A DNA stretch of 64,000 nt. Source: Oculina patagonica (Eukaryota). The position numbers and the translations under genes are program-made. Under the pieces are notes generated by a model. The model ran no database searches, had not been told where the DNA came from, and was given only the letters and a program-made list of their open reading frames with translations. Positions 61,153-64,000 of this stretch are shown here, one piece after another (within the stretch, counting starts at the first letter, position 1; every line of letters starts with the position of its first letter). The DNA is taken from NCBI RefSeq assembly GCF_052425735.1, contig NC_135761.1, positions 14,942,001 to 15,006,000 of the forward strand. Direction: 5' to 3'.

Positions 61153-63899
61153 ATGGTGGGCATTTTAGTTGACTTTTTCATATTTTGACTCTTTGGTGGT
61201 CTTGTCTAAATACGATATTTCCTTTTTTTACAGTCTGAAGTCGAGGAATCACTGAAAAGAATCCAGGGCCATAAGGGCGTTATAGGAATAATCGTCGTCA
61301 ACAGTGAAGGTATGAAGGTCAACAACAGTTTCTTGCATTTGAAACAATGATGCGAACTGCCGCCAGAATGAAGGCGTTTCCAAAGGGTTAGTTCATTTAC
61401 TGGATGCTCATTCTGGTCCACGTTTCTTTCTTGTTGTAGGCATTCCTATAAGAACGACCATGGATAACTCGACGACTGTTCAGTACGCTGGATTAATTCA
61501 TCAGTTGACATCTAAAGCTCGAAGCACAGTTCGAGACATCGATCCACAGGTAAACGAATTCAAACATTATATCGTTATTTTAATATGTTAGGAAAGCAAG
61601 GAAACCTTTGGGCGTACATTTTTGTTTCAATCGCATAAGAGTGATTCGCAAAATCTTTACAACATGATATTTGCGGTGACTGTCTCAATTTAAATCCACT
61701 CACCCTCGTGTATAAGGCTTTCCCTGTCAGAGCAGATCCCGATGTTGTGTCAACGTCTTTTAATCTTTATATGACCATTTTCTGACAGGGAATTGTGGAT
61801 TTATTTTAGATTTCAAAGTCCTGCTAAAAAATTCATAGAAAGAGGTTCAAGTGTGATGTTACATACAATGTACATGAGTCTAGTATAAAGTACCCTGGTT
61901 GCCAGAAGTTGTTTTGCTTCTTTTATACAAGGAGCAGTGAACAGTATGCTTCAAAAGCAAGTGACATGAATGGAGAAGGGCAATTTTCCCCACTTTGACT
62001 TGTTTATGCAGTTTTGCCGCTCATAGTTTAGACAATACCCTGAAATACCGAGAATTATATGTGCAGTAGTACATGTAGGTTATTTGTTAATTATGCTCTT
62101 TCTAGCCCTTTTAATACATTATCTGTGAAAGGTTCTGGCAAGACCTTATTAATACAGCAAATCCATGCTTGAATGTTTTTCATAAAGGCAAAAGGATAGT
62201 GTAACAAAAACAGAGGTGGAATCATGGAATGGCGACTGTGAACATTTCTAGAAAATGAATGGGTTATGAAATCCTTTAGCTTGATGTCAAATACCCAACC
62301 TGGCACTCAAAGTTTTGCATCAAATTCCCCAATAATTATACGGAGCTACACGTAACCTCAAGTCAAATGCCCGAAGGTGCCCTTGGGGGGGTGGGCGCTC
62401 TTGAATGTGACTGATGCATTACTGAAATATGGACTCCCATGCAAATTTTGGGGAAAACTATTGTTCAAAGTACATTCATAAAGAGTTATTCTTGTTAAAA
62501 GACATGATCTGTTGGTGTAAGTTTAAAGGGACTATGTCACGACTAATTTAATTTTATGTTATAAAATTTTGTCAAATATTCGCTATGAAACTAAATGTTT
62601 GCAAAGAAATTAATTCTATGATTCTAAATGAAAAAACATAGCTTCATTGCAGTCAAATGTGTCTCCCGGGCGTTATAATTTTAAGTTACAAGCAGACAAG
62701 ATTAACTTTGAAAAATGTTCCGCCGGACCATATTTCAAAAACCCATATCGCAATCCGTTTCAATCTTCGTCGCTTTTGGCCATCCTTGCCTTCTTTTGTA
62801 TTTGCTGTGTTATTTAAATGTTCCTTCACTGATTTAAGAGTTTATTTTGTATATTTAAACAAATCTGATGGTCATTTCCTATGCCTAAGTTTTGCTTAAA
62901 TCTGTGACACGGTCCCTTTAAGTGAATTTTGCAGCAAGATGTCCCAGTTGCTTCAGTGATATTATTCCTTTCTTTTTTCAGAATGATTTAACATTCCTCA
63001 GGGTCCGTTCTAAGAAACATGAAATTCTGGTTGCTCCTGGTAAGTTCCATTTTATAATATAGTTATAAAAGAGGCCAAAAATATTTAGTTAATACAAACC
63101 TATTTTGGTGATTGTGATAATAGTGAGCTTTTAATGAGAGATTACCTACCAAAAAGGAGGCATGGCATGTCTATGTTGTGGTTTATATTTATCTTTGGTT
63201 TAAAACAATTATTTTAACCAGTCTGATTTTTATTTTTTATTGTCTCATATTTATTATCATAATCTGTCATTAATAATGGAGAAGAAAAATAAAACCGGTT
63301 GAAAAAATTTAGACCAAGGATAAATTTAAACCACAACATACATTTACATGTAGGCTACATATAAATTCTGCTCATAAATTTGACAACAATTTATTGTGCC
63401 TATGGGCAGTGCTACGATTCTGCTCATAATTCTCCAATATTTCAGAAACAATACAACACTCTATTGCAATTTTCATTATTCATAAACAATGCTACCGGTT
63501 GCAGTGTGTAAGTTATTTTGTTTATTTATTGGTGGACATTGAATTGGGTTTTTCTTTTTTTTGTAAATTATTTATATATTTTTTACTTCATCACTTTTTG
63601 GTTTTTAAATATAAATTTTATGATTATTTTGCCTATACAGTTTCTGCCCAAAAATTCCTTATTCTGCTCGAAAAAATAATGGTTACTGCCACAAACAGCC
63701 AAAATGGCCTTTGATATTCTGCCAGAATTCATCCAAGCCTAATAAAAACAATAAAAACAACTAGTTAGTGTCAGAACTGAACTGAAACTACAAATGTAAA
63801 TTTCAAAACCTGAGTGTTGCCTTACTTCTTTTTTTTTTTTTTTTTTGCATTTCAGATAAAGAGTACCTGATGATCGTTATTCAAAATCCAAGCCAGTAG
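61153..63899 (+). CDS. DYNLRB2: Dynein light chain roadblock-type (96 aa), 5 exons
   Basis: Exons 61153-61155 (ATG only), 61234-61309, 61440-61549, 62982-63039, 63856-63899 (TAG). Protein [44 protein letters not shown]...[26 protein letters not shown]. Co-ortholog of DYNLRB1/2. Confidence 0.96.
62527..62917. mobile_element. Non-autonomous TTAA-target element (Kolobok-like)
   Basis: TTAA-AGGGACTATGTCAC ... GTGACACGGTCCCT-TTAA. Confidence 0.72.
63174..63339. mobile_element. Palindromic GTTGTGGTT-family MITE without a GC insert
   Basis: ATGTTGTGGTTTATATTTATCTTTGGT ... ACCAAGGATAAATTTAAACCACAACAT. Confidence 0.75.
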
Positions 63900-64000
63900 A
63901 AGAGGAATATTTTACAACCATTTTCATTGTACATACGACACTGCACCTTCGTTTTAAGTTTATTTTTTTTCTCTGCAGGGTTTATTTACCGGTAGTAAAA

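Overview
Intron-rich, AT-rich animal genomic DNA. The repeat families and gene structures look anthozoan (stony coral or anemone), which is an inference. It is a draft assembly with two N-gaps (5242-5395, 6613-6870) and several suspicious GC-rich patches. I reconstructed seven conserved multi-exon genes by hand from splice sites, exon phases and protein similarity: CLPTM1L (-, 3' end runs off the window), RANBP9/10 (+), a UBE2C-like E2 (-), POLR2C/RPB3 (+), an SLC22 organic cation transporter (+), KIAA0513-like (-) and DYNLRB/roadblock (+). Six of the seven sit in three head-to-head pairs separated by about 300-570 bp. The most novel-looking features are: (1) an unrecognised 4-exon gene for a ~69-aa protein nested antisense inside intron 5 of KIAA0513; (2) a 17-nt hairpin insertion that frameshifts the neighbouring KIAA0513 exon; (3) a UBE2C lacking its characteristic N-terminal extension, with a CHR plus tandem-CCAAT (G2/M-type) promoter shared with POLR2C; (4) a duplicated putative promoter/first exon upstream of SLC22; (5) a GC-AG intron and a MITE sitting inside a 3' splice region of RANBP9. 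Introns are crowded with non-autonomous DNA transposons (TA-, TTAA-, 6-bp- and 7-bp-TSD types) and tRNA-derived SINEs. I saw no transposase, CRISPR array, rRNA or functional tRNA.
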